Shown in pieces: positions 25,919 through 35,201 of a stretch of 64,000 nucleotides of DNA. A model generated the notes under the pieces. It was given only the letters and a program-made list of their open reading frames with translations. It searched no databases and was not told the DNA's origin. The DNA is taken from positions 1 through 64,000 of IMG/VR virus record IMGVR_UViG_2593339199_000003. The stretch is one strand, 5' to 3'. The number at the start of each line of letters is the position of its first letter. Position 1 is the first letter of the stretch. The position numbers and the translations under genes are program-made. Source of the stretch: a virus. Lineage: Duplodnaviria > Caudoviricetes.

Positions 25919-27986
25919 ACTCCTCTTTGGCCAACTCGCGCGTCCGCACGTAATACACGGACTTCAAGCCTTTCTTTGCTGCGTATACGAGATACATTGA
26001 AAGTTCGTTTGTAGGAATATCCGAGTCCACGAACAGGATACAGCTGATGGCTTGGTCTACGTGAACCTGCGCGGCGGCCACCAGGTCAATCAGGTTGAAC
26101 ATGTCCATCTTATAGGCGCTCTTGTATGAGAAATTCGTGCGCTTCGAAAGGTATGGCATCGGATAGTACGTCTTCGATTTCTCGTAAGTCCGCGTTTCCA
26201 CCTGGTCTGTAATCGGCATGAATCCTTGGGTACTGTTCTGCACGTAGGAGATCGATTGCGTCGGCGCGCCGGCGAGGCGGTACGAGTGCCAGATGCCATG
26301 CGTCTTGACTTCGCCCTTGAGCCACGTCCAGTCTTCCGGCCCCGGCAGATGCTGCGACCCGAACAGTGCCTTAACGCGGTCCGATGTCGGCCGGTAATCG
26401 TTCGTCAGGTAATGATCGAAGTAGCTGCCGTCTGCGTAATCGCTTTTCTCGAAGCCTTCGAACGTTTCGCCCAGCTCGATTGCGATTTCCATCGACCGCT
26501 TCAAGCTATAATAGTTCAGCGCATTGTACAGTGCGGTCACATATTCAAGCGCGAAGTCGCTCTCGTAAGGAATGAGCTCACTGGCCAGATAGCCATGCAG
26601 GTTCATGAGGCCAAGACCAATGCTGTGCATCGTGCGGTTCGCCAGATTAACGCCAGGAGCATTCTTTACGTTCGACTTGCGCACCACGTCGGTCAGCATA
26701 TCGACGCCATCGTAGACCGCTTCCTCGATCGATTCGTCATTCATGATGTTGTAGGCATTCAGCGAGCCGAGCACGCAGTTGATGTCGCGGCGGATCGTGT
26801 GCTTCTTGCCCCAGTCCTTGATGTCGGACACTTCGATCAGCTGCATGATTTCGGTGCAGAGATTCGAGAACGAGACATTACCGAGCTGGCGAAGCGGATG
26901 GAACTTATTTGCGTTCGTCTGGAACATAAGATACGGGTAGCCGGTTTCAACCTGCTGCTTGGCGATCTCGTTGAGGTATTCCTGTGCATTCTTCGGCTCG
27001 CTCTTGCGCACGTTCGGGTTGGCCAGGATCTCGTCATACATCTTGTCGAAGTCCATGTCGCTCATTTGAATGCCGTATTCCTGCTTGATGTCATACGGGC
27101 TGAACTGGTAGAAGTCATCGCCCCGCTCCGCCAGATCAAAGAAGACGTGAGGTACGATCAGGCCGGTCGAAAGCTTCTTCAGGCGAACCTTTTCGTCAGC
27201 GTTGTGCTTCTTGCTATGCAGCAAAAGATCGGCATCCAGATGGAAGATTGACACGTAGCCGGCGCCGCTGCCGTTTCGCTGGCCCATTTGATCCCAGGCG
27301 GAGAATGTATCCTCCATCAGCTTCGCGACGACCATGATGCCCTTCGCGGCGCCCTCGTAGCCTTGGATCGGGTCGGACATGGCACGGAGATTGGACAGGT
27401 TGACGGAGACGCCGCCGCCGACTTTGGAGAGCTGGCCGCAGCAGTTCAGCACGTAGTTGATGCTGTTCAGCGAGTCGTCCATGATAAGCAGGAAGCAGCT
27501 AACCAGTTCGCCCCGGCGAGCGCGGCCAGCGTTCATGTAGGAAGGTGTAGCCGGCTGGTAATGCTGTCTCATGAGCGTCCGAATGTAGCGGCGGGCACGG
27601 TCCATGTTGCCGGCTGCATAATACAGCGACACGATCGTATTGTGATCCTCGTAGCTTTCGAGGTATTGTTTCTTGTTGTTGGTCATGAGCGCGTAGTCCT
27701 GATAGAATTTACTGATGGCCATAAAGCTCTGGAAGGCAAAATTGAATGACCGGGCCAGGTTATGGATTTCCATGATCTGAGCCATCGTGTATTCTTTCAG
27801 GAGCTCTCGATAGTAGTATCGATTCCTTACCATCCAATTGAAGCGTGCTTCCGGAGACTTGAACTTACGCATTTTGGAATCGACTTCCTCTTGGAACTGA
27901 GCGATAGCCGCCTGGTCGTGCTCGAGTTGATAGAAACCGTCTTCATCCTTCTGTAGAATCATGTTGTTTGATTCAATGTAACTCAA
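25899..27986 (-). CDS. nrdE: Ribonucleotide reductase class Ib alpha subunit
   Basis: QPATP, SCFLL, SNLCTE, CVLGSLN, APTQSISY, KSVYY, C-terminal CESC. Confidence 0.97.
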   Translation of the reverse strand: MSYIESNNMILQKDEDGFYQLEHDQAAIAQFQEEVDSKMRKFKSPEARFNWMVRNRYYYRELLKEYTMAQIMEIHNLARSFNFAFQSFMAISKFYQDYALMTNNKKQYLESYEDHNTIVSLYYAAGNMDRARRYIRTLMRQHYQPATPSYMNAGRARRGELVSCFLLIMDDSLNSINYVLNCCGQLSKVGGGVSVNLSNLRAMSDPIQGYEGAAKGIMVVAKLMEDTFSAWDQMGQRNGSGAGYVSIFHLDADLLLHSKKHNADEKVRLKKLSTGLIVPHVFFDLAERGDDFYQFSPYDIKQEYGIQMSDMDFDKMYDEILANPNVRKSEPKNAQEYLNEIAKQQVETGYPYLMFQTNANKFHPLRQLGNVSFSNLCTEIMQLIEVSDIKDWGKKHTIRRDINCVLGSLNAYNIMNDESIEEAVYDGVDMLTDVVRKSNVKNAPGVNLANRTMHSIGLGLMNLHGYLASELIPYESDFALEYVTALYNALNYYSLKRSMEIAIELGETFEGFEKSDYADGSYFDHYLTNDYRPTSDRVKALFGSQHLPGPEDWTWLKGEVKTHGIWHSYRLAGAPTQSISYVQNSTQGFMPITDQVETRTYEKSKTYYPMPYLSKRTNFSYKSAYKMDMFNLIDLVAAAQVHVDQAISCILFVDSDIPTNELSMYLVYAAKKGLKSVYYVRTRELAKEECESCAV

Positions 27987-28329
27987 GATCTTTCACCCTC
28001 TCTAACAGATATTGTACGTCACTAGGACGGCCTGCAAGTTCAAACTTGTGAAGCAGTGGCACGCCAAACCGGTCAGATATCCGGTCTGCAGCATAGGCAA
28101 AGAGTGGCCAATTTCTACTGCCGCTCGCAGCCACACCGCGGAGGTGCTGGCGGTTGTTGACCAGAAAGCGCATGACGTGCTCAGGCACTTCCCCGCTCCC
28201 GCATGTATACGTGACCATGACGAAAGGTTCGTCGATGCTCGTATCTGCTTGGATTCGTAGAATCGGCAGCCCGAGCTTACGAACGAACTTGTCCACCTTA
28301 CCTGTGAAACTGCTATAGGCGATTAACAT
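27973..28329 (-). CDS. nrdI: Class Ib RNR flavodoxin NrdI
   Basis: YSSFTGKV, TYTCGSGEVP, GVAASGSRNW, KFELAG. Confidence 0.95.
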   Translation of the reverse strand: MLIAYSSFTGKVDKFVRKLGLPILRIQADTSIDEPFVMVTYTCGSGEVPEHVMRFLVNNRQHLRGVAASGSRNWPLFAYAADRISDRFGVPLLHKFELAGRPSDVQYLLERVKDLELH

Positions 28330-28342
28330 TCTTCACCTCGTT

Positions 28343-28363
28343 TGTAAGGCATTACATTATTGG
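28343..28363. promoter_or_regulatory. Operator between the nrdIEF promoter and RBS
   Basis: TGTAAGGCATTACATTATTGG; minus-strand TTGAAT-18-TAAAAT upstream. Confidence 0.75.
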
Positions 28364-28410
28364 ATAAGAATCATTTTATTCCTAAACTTTATTTGATTCA
28401 AGATCTTGAC

Positions 28411-28441
28411 AAAGAAAAAACCCCAACACAAGATGTTGGGG
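28411..28441 (-). terminator. Intrinsic terminator
   Basis: CCCCAACA..TGTTGGGG followed by T-tract on the minus strand. Confidence 0.7.
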
Positions 28442-28453
28442 CCTGTGTCAAAC

Positions 28454-28693
28454 TTACGCCATCGGCTTCAATTGCGCCACTTCCGCCGCATTGTACCAAT
28501 ACGTGGTCGTACCGAGATTACATAGGATCTTAGCCGACAGCTGGCCAGCCTTGGCCATTTTGCGCAGCTGGTCCGGAGAGTGTCCGTGCCTTGTCAAATA
28601 ATGACCCGACACCCACCCTTCCTTTTGCAACTGCTTGCGGAGCTTCATCGCTTCCGCAGACCCTTTTACATAAACGTTTTCAGTCGTCTTCAT
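28454..28693 (-). CDS. Small basic hypothetical protein
   Basis: AGGAGG RBS; MKTTENVYVKG.. Confidence 0.65.
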   Translation of the reverse strand: MKTTENVYVKGSAEAMKLRKQLQKEGWVSGHYLTRHGHSPDQLRKMAKAGQLSAKILCNLGTTTYWYNAAEVAQLKPMA

Positions 28694-28704
28694 GGGTTTA
28701 CCTC

Positions 28705-29196
28705 CTAGATCGTAATTGCAACGAAGTCGAAACGGACGATGCGGTTCGCCAGCGCCGTGAGGAAGTTCGGCGTGCCCGGCTTCGGCTCCAGCGCCTTCGA
28801 CGGCGATTGTTCCCATTCATGGCTCTCGATCATTGCAATCAGGCCTTCCATGACCGGCTGTGGCAAATCTGTTTCCATATCAACTTGGCTGATGAACTCC
28901 TTCACGACGATCGGATGCAAGTATTTCAGCTCGTCCTCCAAGCTGTTCAGGCAGATGTCGGACAACAGGACGCTGGCCAGCATGATGTCGCGCAGCATGC
29001 CCTTCGTGAAATCCTTGTCCAAGAAGGCAGCCAGGACCTTGAATACTTGTTTGGTATGCGTTACAACTTGCTCGTCGTTATAGAAAGAATCGCTGGTTGC
29101 CGAGAGGACGTTTTGCGTGAACGTGCGAACGTCCGGGCTTTCGATCTTCTCGAGCTCCGAGCGAAATGTGACTACGGCTGCATGAATGTCTGTCAT
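28705..29196 (-). CDS. HD-domain-like protein with degenerate metal site
   Basis: HTKQV..ASVLLSDI..HP..IESH..ALAN spacing of HD hydrolases, but HD reads SD. Confidence 0.6.
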   Translation of the reverse strand: MTDIHAAVVTFRSELEKIESPDVRTFTQNVLSATSDSFYNDEQVVTHTKQVFKVLAAFLDKDFTKGMLRDIMLASVLLSDICLNSLEDELKYLHPIVVKEFISQVDMETDLPQPVMEGLIAMIESHEWEQSPSKALEPKPGTPNFLTALANRIVRFDFVAITI

Positions 29197-29198
29197 GA

Positions 29199-29429
29199 TT
29201 ATCTTCTCCCCCGTGCCCCATGGCACTTCATATGTGCGTTGTTCTCGATCTCCCAATCGTTATGCCAACGATTGCTCATATTGTCCTTGGTGCTGTTCTG
29301 CCCTGGCTGCTTGATGTCAGCCCCGCAGTAGCGGCACCAGCATGGATCATCCAGCTGGCGCTGCGCCTGCGAAAACATAATCTTGGTGAAGTCACCCATG
29401 TCGCCGAAGCTATTACTCTTCTTGGCCAT
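29199..29429 (-). CDS. Small zinc-finger-like protein
   Basis: CRYC..HMKC. Confidence 0.55.
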   Translation of the reverse strand: MAKKSNSFGDMGDFTKIMFSQAQRQLDDPCWCRYCGADIKQPGQNSTKDNMSNRWHNDWEIENNAHMKCHGARGRR

Positions 29430-29787
29430 GCCCTGTCTCCAGACCAAGCTCTCGGCGGAGCTCCTCCTTGGCTGCCGCGACCAGATGATCGACGAGGATG
29501 CGCGCTGACTCCTTGTTCAGCAGCGAAGGATTAGCAAGCAGCGTGGCTGCTTTCTCGCGGAGCGGGCTGATGTAGTTGGCTGCTTCCGGATCCCACTCCC
29601 GCTTCGCCCAACCAGACATCGTGCTCAAGGCGCACGTCCTTTTAGCGCCGTGCTTGCCAGTTAGAGATACTGGATAGTAGACAACCTCTTCCCAGTTTCC
29701 CCAGCGTTTTTTCTTCGTCTCGAAGCCTTCGACATACCGGATCAGGCCTTTGCTGTTCTGATAAAACTTTCCGCCCTCAATTTTCAC
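29413..29787 (-). CDS. Hypothetical protein
   Basis: GTGA coupling; 124 aa. Confidence 0.65.
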   Translation of the reverse strand: MKIEGGKFYQNSKGLIRYVEGFETKKKRWGNWEEVVYYPVSLTGKHGAKRTCALSTMSGWAKREWDPEAANYISPLREKAATLLANPSLLNKESARILVDHLVAAAKEELRRELGLETGHGQEE

Positions 29788-30413
29788 CTTAAATCCCCCT
29801 CTATCTGGATCGCCTTGATCCCGTTGACTTCTGTATAACCTTTGAACGTGCCCTTGCCTTGACTCTCGCCGTTGACGAAATACTCGAACTGCCTGCCCAT
29901 ATACGGTCGCATGGGCTCGAAGTCGATTGTGTCCTGCTCTTGGTTGTACAGCACGACGCTGCCGCCCGGCAGGATGATCCTGGCGATATGGCCGCTACCA
30001 TCCTCCTGCATGACGAAGAAGATGCGGAAGTCAGTGCCGTCCAGATCAATGCGCTCGCGCTTGATCATCACGTTCAGGACTCTCTCGTTATGCAGCTGTG
30101 TGTTGCAATGCAGCTTCTCTTCCGTCAGGACGCAATCGCGGCAAGCTTGATGGGATGAATCATAGTTACGGCATTTGTAGCAGAGCGGGCACTCCTGAAA
30201 CGCAGAGCAATAACCATGGACTTTGTGTCGCGGCAGGTTCATCATGTCCTCTTTGCCGAGAACGGTTCGCTTGTCCATCTTGAATGTATTGGTCTTTACC
30301 TGCTCGGCCAGGTAGCGCTCCCGGATCTCATGACGCTCCGAGTTCGTGAGGCCTTCCGTCTGCGCCTTGTGCAACTTCTGTGTCCAGAACAGATCAGCTT
30401 CGGACATACTCAT
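29784..30413 (-). CDS. Cys-rich hypothetical protein
   Basis: CSAFQECPLCYKC..CRDC..HC cluster; ATGA coupling. Confidence 0.7.
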   Translation of the reverse strand: MSMSEADLFWTQKLHKAQTEGLTNSERHEIRERYLAEQVKTNTFKMDKRTVLGKEDMMNLPRHKVHGYCSAFQECPLCYKCRNYDSSHQACRDCVLTEEKLHCNTQLHNERVLNVMIKRERIDLDGTDFRIFFVMQEDGSGHIARIILPGGSVVLYNQEQDTIDFEPMRPYMGRQFEYFVNGESQGKGTFKGYTEVNGIKAIQIEGDLR

Positions 30414-30796
30414 TCGGCATCGGCCTCCTGGGATTCGTCGCCGAGCTCGATGCCAAGCATGATGCAGTCATTCAGCGTCAGGTAAACCTTTTTGTCGGCC
30501 AGCTTCATGTCTTTCTCAATCGCCACTTCCGCCTCGTCTAGCTTGCCGGCGAGCCATTCGTTCTGGTTCTGCAGCTCCGTGATCTTCTTCTGGAGCTCGA
30601 GGTTGCGCGCCGGGCGGTTATCCTCGACCGGATTGTTCTCGGTCGCACGGCGCGGCGGGTTGGCGCGCATGTCCATCTGCAGGTCGGTATACTCCCGCTC
30701 CACTTCTTTCAAGGCCATTTTGTTGGCCGTGATTTGACCCTCGATGATTTCCTGCAGCTCTGCTACCGTCTTATGGATTCCGATTAACATCTTCAA
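30410..30796 (-). CDS. Coiled-coil hypothetical protein
   Basis: Heptad-rich; GGGGAG RBS. Confidence 0.7.
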   Translation of the reverse strand: MKMLIGIHKTVAELQEIIEGQITANKMALKEVEREYTDLQMDMRANPPRRATENNPVEDNRPARNLELQKKITELQNQNEWLAGKLDEAEVAIEKDMKLADKKVYLTLNDCIMLGIELGDESQEADAE

Positions 30797-30805
30797 TCTC
30801 TCCCC

Positions 30806-31762
30806 TTATTTGTAATACGTTACAAGCATGTTGTCCAAGTTGACTGGAACGCCTTCATAGCTGTTCATCTGCATGGAGACGACCGGCTTCATCGGATTAT
30901 ACGTCGCATGCAGGACTTTGCCGGCATACGTGAACGTCAAGTTGCTGATGCCATCGCCTTCAATCAGCAGTTTGGATGGAGCCAGGAAGCTGTTGAAGCC
31001 GTAGAAGTCGGCCGGGGCAACCTGCTTATCAAGTGCAACGAGCACAGCATCCAAGACCGGATCGGCGCCTTCTTGCACAAATTTGATGTGCCCCTTCATG
31101 AGCGTGAAATTGCCTACACCATCGACCCGGATGCCGAAGATATCATTATTAGCTGCCGGCAGCGAGAGCGGTGCGGCGTTCAGCTGGATGGCGAACTTGG
31201 TACTGTCTGCGATCTCGATGCGCTGCGTGAAGTCTTGCAGCTGATACATCTGGCGCATACTATCGTAGATGCCCGAGTTCGTCGTAAAGCCTTTCGGCCA
31301 TTCCGCCGTGGCGAAATACGCCTCGAGGATCAATTGATCAAGCACTGGCGGCACATAGGTTGCTTCCAGGATGGCCAGATTGTTCGCGCGCAGGTCGGCA
31401 TTGAATCCCGTGTTGATGCTTTCGATATCAAGGCCAATCGGATTGCCGGTGGTCGTGGTCGTAATGAGGCCCATGACAATCGCTTCGTCCGGCTTCTTGT
31501 TGTTGGTGATCTCGAAGATCCATTTGTTCTGTTCTGCAATCCGAATACGGTTGACGTCCAGACTCTGGCTCTCTGGATCGAAATGGAATGTGCCAAGCTT
31601 CGTTTGCTTCGCCACTTCTTCATTGTCGATGATCTCCGTGACAGTTGCCCCAAGCAGCACGATGACTTGATCGTTCACGGTGTCCGGCGTGTAGTTCAGA
31701 ACCGTCATCGTAAACTCCAACCGATGCGTCTTGTCGGCATCAAAGAAATATGAGTATTGCAC
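30806..31762 (-). CDS. Hypothetical beta-rich protein
   Basis: AAGGAGG RBS, 318 aa, typical codon bias. Confidence 0.75.
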   Translation of the reverse strand: MQYSYFFDADKTHRLEFTMTVLNYTPDTVNDQVIVLLGATVTEIIDNEEVAKQTKLGTFHFDPESQSLDVNRIRIAEQNKWIFEITNNKKPDEAIVMGLITTTTTGNPIGLDIESINTGFNADLRANNLAILEATYVPPVLDQLILEAYFATAEWPKGFTTNSGIYDSMRQMYQLQDFTQRIEIADSTKFAIQLNAAPLSLPAANNDIFGIRVDGVGNFTLMKGHIKFVQEGADPVLDAVLVALDKQVAPADFYGFNSFLAPSKLLIEGDGISNLTFTYAGKVLHATYNPMKPVVSMQMNSYEGVPVNLDNMLVTYYK

Positions 31763-31765
31763 GAG

Positions 31766-32311
31766 TTATCCCTCCTTCTTAGTCAAGGTCAGCTGCGAGC
31801 TGTCCTTCCAGCTGTCGCGGCTTGTTGCAATGGCGATCTCGACGCTGCCGGTGGGCTCGAAGTGCAGCACCGATGCGTCGTCCTTGTCTATCTTCACGTT
31901 GTCACGCAGCGCGAAGATATGGGCAATGAAGTTACCGATCGACATTTCGATGTCGGCCAGCTCCTTCAGATGCGTCTGCAGGTCGGTGATCGTATCGCTG
32001 TGCGTTGTTTCCAGCTCCGCGATGTTCGCTTCCATTGTGGCCAGGTAACCCTGGTTCTGCTCCAAGCGCTTGGTGGCTTGAACGATCTGCGGGTGCGCCG
32101 TGTCACCGCCGTACTTGTCGAGCATGGTCAGGATCAATTCGTTTTCGTCGATCGTATTCTCCCTGAGATCATTCGCGTTACCCCGGATTTTGCCGAGCAG
32201 CGTTTCCACGCGCAGCTTGTTGACCGTCATGCGGGCAACGAAGTCCCGCAAGAATGCTTGCTGCTCCTGCGGCGTGGTCGATTGAATCTTGATTTCATCC
32301 ACGTTAAACAC
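31766..32311 (-). CDS. Coiled-coil hypothetical protein
   Basis: AGGA/GGAG RBS region; 181 aa. Confidence 0.7.
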   Translation of the reverse strand: MFNVDEIKIQSTTPQEQQAFLRDFVARMTVNKLRVETLLGKIRGNANDLRENTIDENELILTMLDKYGGDTAHPQIVQATKRLEQNQGYLATMEANIAELETTHSDTITDLQTHLKELADIEMSIGNFIAHIFALRDNVKIDKDDASVLHFEPTGSVEIAIATSRDSWKDSSQLTLTKKEG

Positions 32312-32313
32312 TC

Positions 32314-33405
32314 CTATCCTTGATATATGAGCGAAGCATAGCGGCGGCCGGCCTCTGGCGTCGATTCGACGCTGTACGAGAAGTCCGGGATGAACTCGTA
32401 GAACTTCGTTCCCTTGAAGGAGGAATGTTTGTTCTTTCCGAACTTCGCCTCGATAACCGGCATCTTCGCATCGCTGTCTTCCTGCAGCCAGTAAATCTGC
32501 GCATTTTCTTCCTTCACGCCAACCTCGTTGAACATAAGCACGATCAGCGTGGCTTCATACTGCAGCGTAATCGTATCCTTGAGGTCATCGACTGTTGGCC
32601 GGCGCCCGTTGGTTTTACGCAAGTGAGCCGTGCACATGACCGTCGCATTGTATTGCGTGGACCAGCTCTTAATCGTCTTGGCGACATGTTCGTTGCGGGC
32701 ATCGTTGTTGTTGAAGTTGATGCTCTCGACGGTGATATCGTTGAAGGAGTCAATGGCGATGACGATCTTCGTGCCTTCAGGCTTGGTCATCAGCACCATC
32801 TTGAGATGCTCCTCCAGCCCTTCGAGCGACGTCGTGTAATTGGAATCAAACATGCCGAAACGGTCCATCCGACGGTACATGTTCTTCATGCCCTCGTTAC
32901 GCTTCTCCATGATCTTCGGATCCTCGGCAAAGCGCTCCGGCGTCTTCGCCTGGGCGATCGTGATCTGTTGGTCACAGGCGATGTAACGCGGCATGAGCTC
33001 GTTGTTCGAGTCATCAAGGGAGTGGTAGGACACGTATACGTTATCATTGCATTCCGCGACGTCCTTGCTGAGCTGGAGCATAAACGCAGACTTACCAACG
33101 TTCGGCGCGGCGGCAAACAGGATCAGGCCTGGCTGTATACCGCCCTCGAGTCCTTCATCGAACTGCGGGAAGCGGCTGCGGAGTCCACCACGGCTGCCTC
33201 GGCTCCAGGAGTAAGCGTCCATGTTCTGGATGTTCTGAAACATCCGCTGCTCCAGCGGCGACAGCGGCCGGCCAAAGATGGCCTCATGATTGAGGACCTT
33301 CAGCTTGAGCGGGTTGCTTTCCTCGGCTCCGAATATGGAGGTGTCGGTTTGCATCTGCTCGTTGACCTGGCGCATGATATCTGCGAAGTTGATTGATTCT
33401 GACAT
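32314..33405 (-). CDS. DnaB-like replicative helicase (RecA-type C-terminal domain, short N-terminus)
   Basis: AAPNVGKS Walker A, IAIDSF, AHLRK, DLKDTITLQYEA, KNK. Confidence 0.88.
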   Translation of the reverse strand: MSESINFADIMRQVNEQMQTDTSIFGAEESNPLKLKVLNHEAIFGRPLSPLEQRMFQNIQNMDAYSWSRGSRGGLRSRFPQFDEGLEGGIQPGLILFAAAPNVGKSAFMLQLSKDVAECNDNVYVSYHSLDDSNNELMPRYIACDQQITIAQAKTPERFAEDPKIMEKRNEGMKNMYRRMDRFGMFDSNYTTSLEGLEEHLKMVLMTKPEGTKIVIAIDSFNDITVESINFNNNDARNEHVAKTIKSWSTQYNATVMCTAHLRKTNGRRPTVDDLKDTITLQYEATLIVLMFNEVGVKEENAQIYWLQEDSDAKMPVIEAKFGKNKHSSFKGTKFYEFIPDFSYSVESTPEAGRRYASLIYQG

Positions 33406-33423
33406 GGCTATCTCCTCTCTGCT

Positions 33424-34512
33424 TTATCTGCGTGTTGGTTTGGCTGCCGGCTTCCGGAACAGCGGACAGGTTTCGCCCTCGCATACACCGCTCAGCCTGT
33501 GATAGGTTTCGCAGCCATAGCGGTATTGCCCGTCATAAACTGAGTTGACGACGACTTCGATGTCGTTGCTCCGAAGCGGTGGAACGCAGTTTTCCTCTCC
33601 CCATTGCACCATGCGGGCGAGTGCCTCTTCCCGCTCCGTCCCGCGCTGCATTAAGAAGCTAGTCAGGGCCGTAGCAGAGTTGTTTCGTTCATCGATCGTC
33701 TCACGAAAGATCTTCTCAAACATGGTACTGATGCAGGCCGGCAGCTTCTCCAGTTTCATGAGCTTGCCGGAGAACTCTTTGCGGCGCGTCGCCGCCTGCG
33801 ACCATTTCTCGATATATTTATCCAAGGCGAGCTTTGCTTTTGGACTTGTGATCGTTGTCGGCTTCTGGATCTCCCTCGGAAACTGGGCCAGGAAGCGGAT
33901 CTCCTCGAGCGAAAGCTTGCACAGTTCTTCGTAGGTTATCGGAATCTTAAAGCGCTGCCCCTTGTAGTTCCAGGTGTTGATCATCCGGAACATCCGCTTG
34001 TCGTCATAAATTTTCACGTCCAGCGTTTTAAAGAGCGTGTATTTGGCGATATCGGTGGCGATATCCTTATAGATTTTGTTCAGTGAAACATGTGGCGTCA
34101 GGCCGAGCACCTGGGCATCCACCGTCAAATGAATGCCCTTGCTGCCAGAGAAGAACAGGTTGATCTGCGTAGGATCAACCGACAGGATAACCTTGAGATA
34201 ACGTATGGCCGTCTGGACGTCCGAGCGGATCTTATCGAAGTCGTCGTCGCTTTCCAGCGGATAGTCGAAGTCCAAATAGAAGTCTCCGTATTTCAGTGAG
34301 TCCGGCGCATTGATGATCCACTTACCCCGGGAGTTGTGCATCCAGATGGGGTTGATGTAGCGCATCACGGTTTCGTATACGCCAGCATTGTTGTACTGCT
34401 TGCGAAATTGCTCTGCGTATTCGACCGGCATGAAGTGCTTGCGGGTGAATTGAAACTTCGGATCCCGATTCCAAGGCAGATCGGCGCCGCATTCGATAAA
34501 AACTTGATCCAC
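33424..34512 (-). CDS. Archaeo-eukaryotic-type primase with PriCT-like C-terminus
   Basis: YLDFD, FSGSKGIH, DVKIYDDKRMFR, ERNNSA..PPL..EVVVNSV. Confidence 0.85.
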   Translation of the reverse strand: MDQVFIECGADLPWNRDPKFQFTRKHFMPVEYAEQFRKQYNNAGVYETVMRYINPIWMHNSRGKWIINAPDSLKYGDFYLDFDYPLESDDDFDKIRSDVQTAIRYLKVILSVDPTQINLFFSGSKGIHLTVDAQVLGLTPHVSLNKIYKDIATDIAKYTLFKTLDVKIYDDKRMFRMINTWNYKGQRFKIPITYEELCKLSLEEIRFLAQFPREIQKPTTITSPKAKLALDKYIEKWSQAATRRKEFSGKLMKLEKLPACISTMFEKIFRETIDERNNSATALTSFLMQRGTEREEALARMVQWGEENCVPPLRSNDIEVVVNSVYDGQYRYGCETYHRLSGVCEGETCPLFRKPAAKPTRR

Positions 34513-34515
34513 TCG

Positions 34516-35190
34516 TTATTCCTCCTTCCGGACGATCTTGTTGATCCCTTCCTGAATGTGAACGTTCTTCTTGCCCTCGATGAACTTCCGCGCATCGTCC
34601 ATGTAGCGCTCGAGATCGAACGCATTGCGAAGCGGGAGCAGCTGCATCTCCGCCCGCATGGAGCGGGCCACGTCAATGGCAAACAGCAACTCGTCGATGT
34701 TATAGATGCCAAGCAGGTACTTGAACTTGCCCTCGTCCTGCCGGCGCATATGGTCGTTCGGCGTGATACCGTTCGTCTTGTACCAATACTCCTGCAGTTC
34801 GTCCATCGTGAAGCGCTTCTTGATTTCCAGGTAGAAGCTCTCCTCGATCCGCTTCACGACGCCATCCTTGATACTGATGCGCGGCGCCGGCGGTACGTTG
34901 CGCAGGACGTTGTGATAATAAAACACATCCGGCTCGATCAAATTATTCGGCGGCTTCTTGTTTCCGATGATCTCCTCCAGGTGATACACCCTCTTTACGA
35001 GCTCGGGATGAATGCGGGCGAACTCGCTGATCTCGAATTGCAGATCATGGATTGTCCATCCCGCCTCCGTCGCCTTGCGAATCGAAGCTGTCGCGCGCTG
35101 CAGCCGTGCAAGCATGGCTTCATCGGTGCCGATTGCTTGCACGGCCTGGAACACGAACCATTCGGCGAGCTGATAGATTTGTTCCTCCAT
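34516..35190 (-). CDS. Hypothetical protein in the replication operon
   Basis: 224 aa between Rad52-like and primase genes. Confidence 0.75.
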   Translation of the reverse strand: MEEQIYQLAEWFVFQAVQAIGTDEAMLARLQRATASIRKATEAGWTIHDLQFEISEFARIHPELVKRVYHLEEIIGNKKPPNNLIEPDVFYYHNVLRNVPPAPRISIKDGVVKRIEESFYLEIKKRFTMDELQEYWYKTNGITPNDHMRRQDEGKFKYLLGIYNIDELLFAIDVARSMRAEMQLLPLRNAFDLERYMDDARKFIEGKKNVHIQEGINKIVRKEE

Positions 35191-35201
35191 CTGCTGGCCC
35201 C

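Noticed and set aside
12803-27986. Inteins or introns in dnaE and nrdE/F
   Set aside because: Frames are continuous; the dnaE insertions lack intein terminal motifs and homing endonuclease signatures.
28425-28440. NrdR box ACACAAGATGTTGG upstream of nrdI
   Set aside because: Single copy, upstream of the -35, and explained by the terminator hairpin; cannot be excluded.
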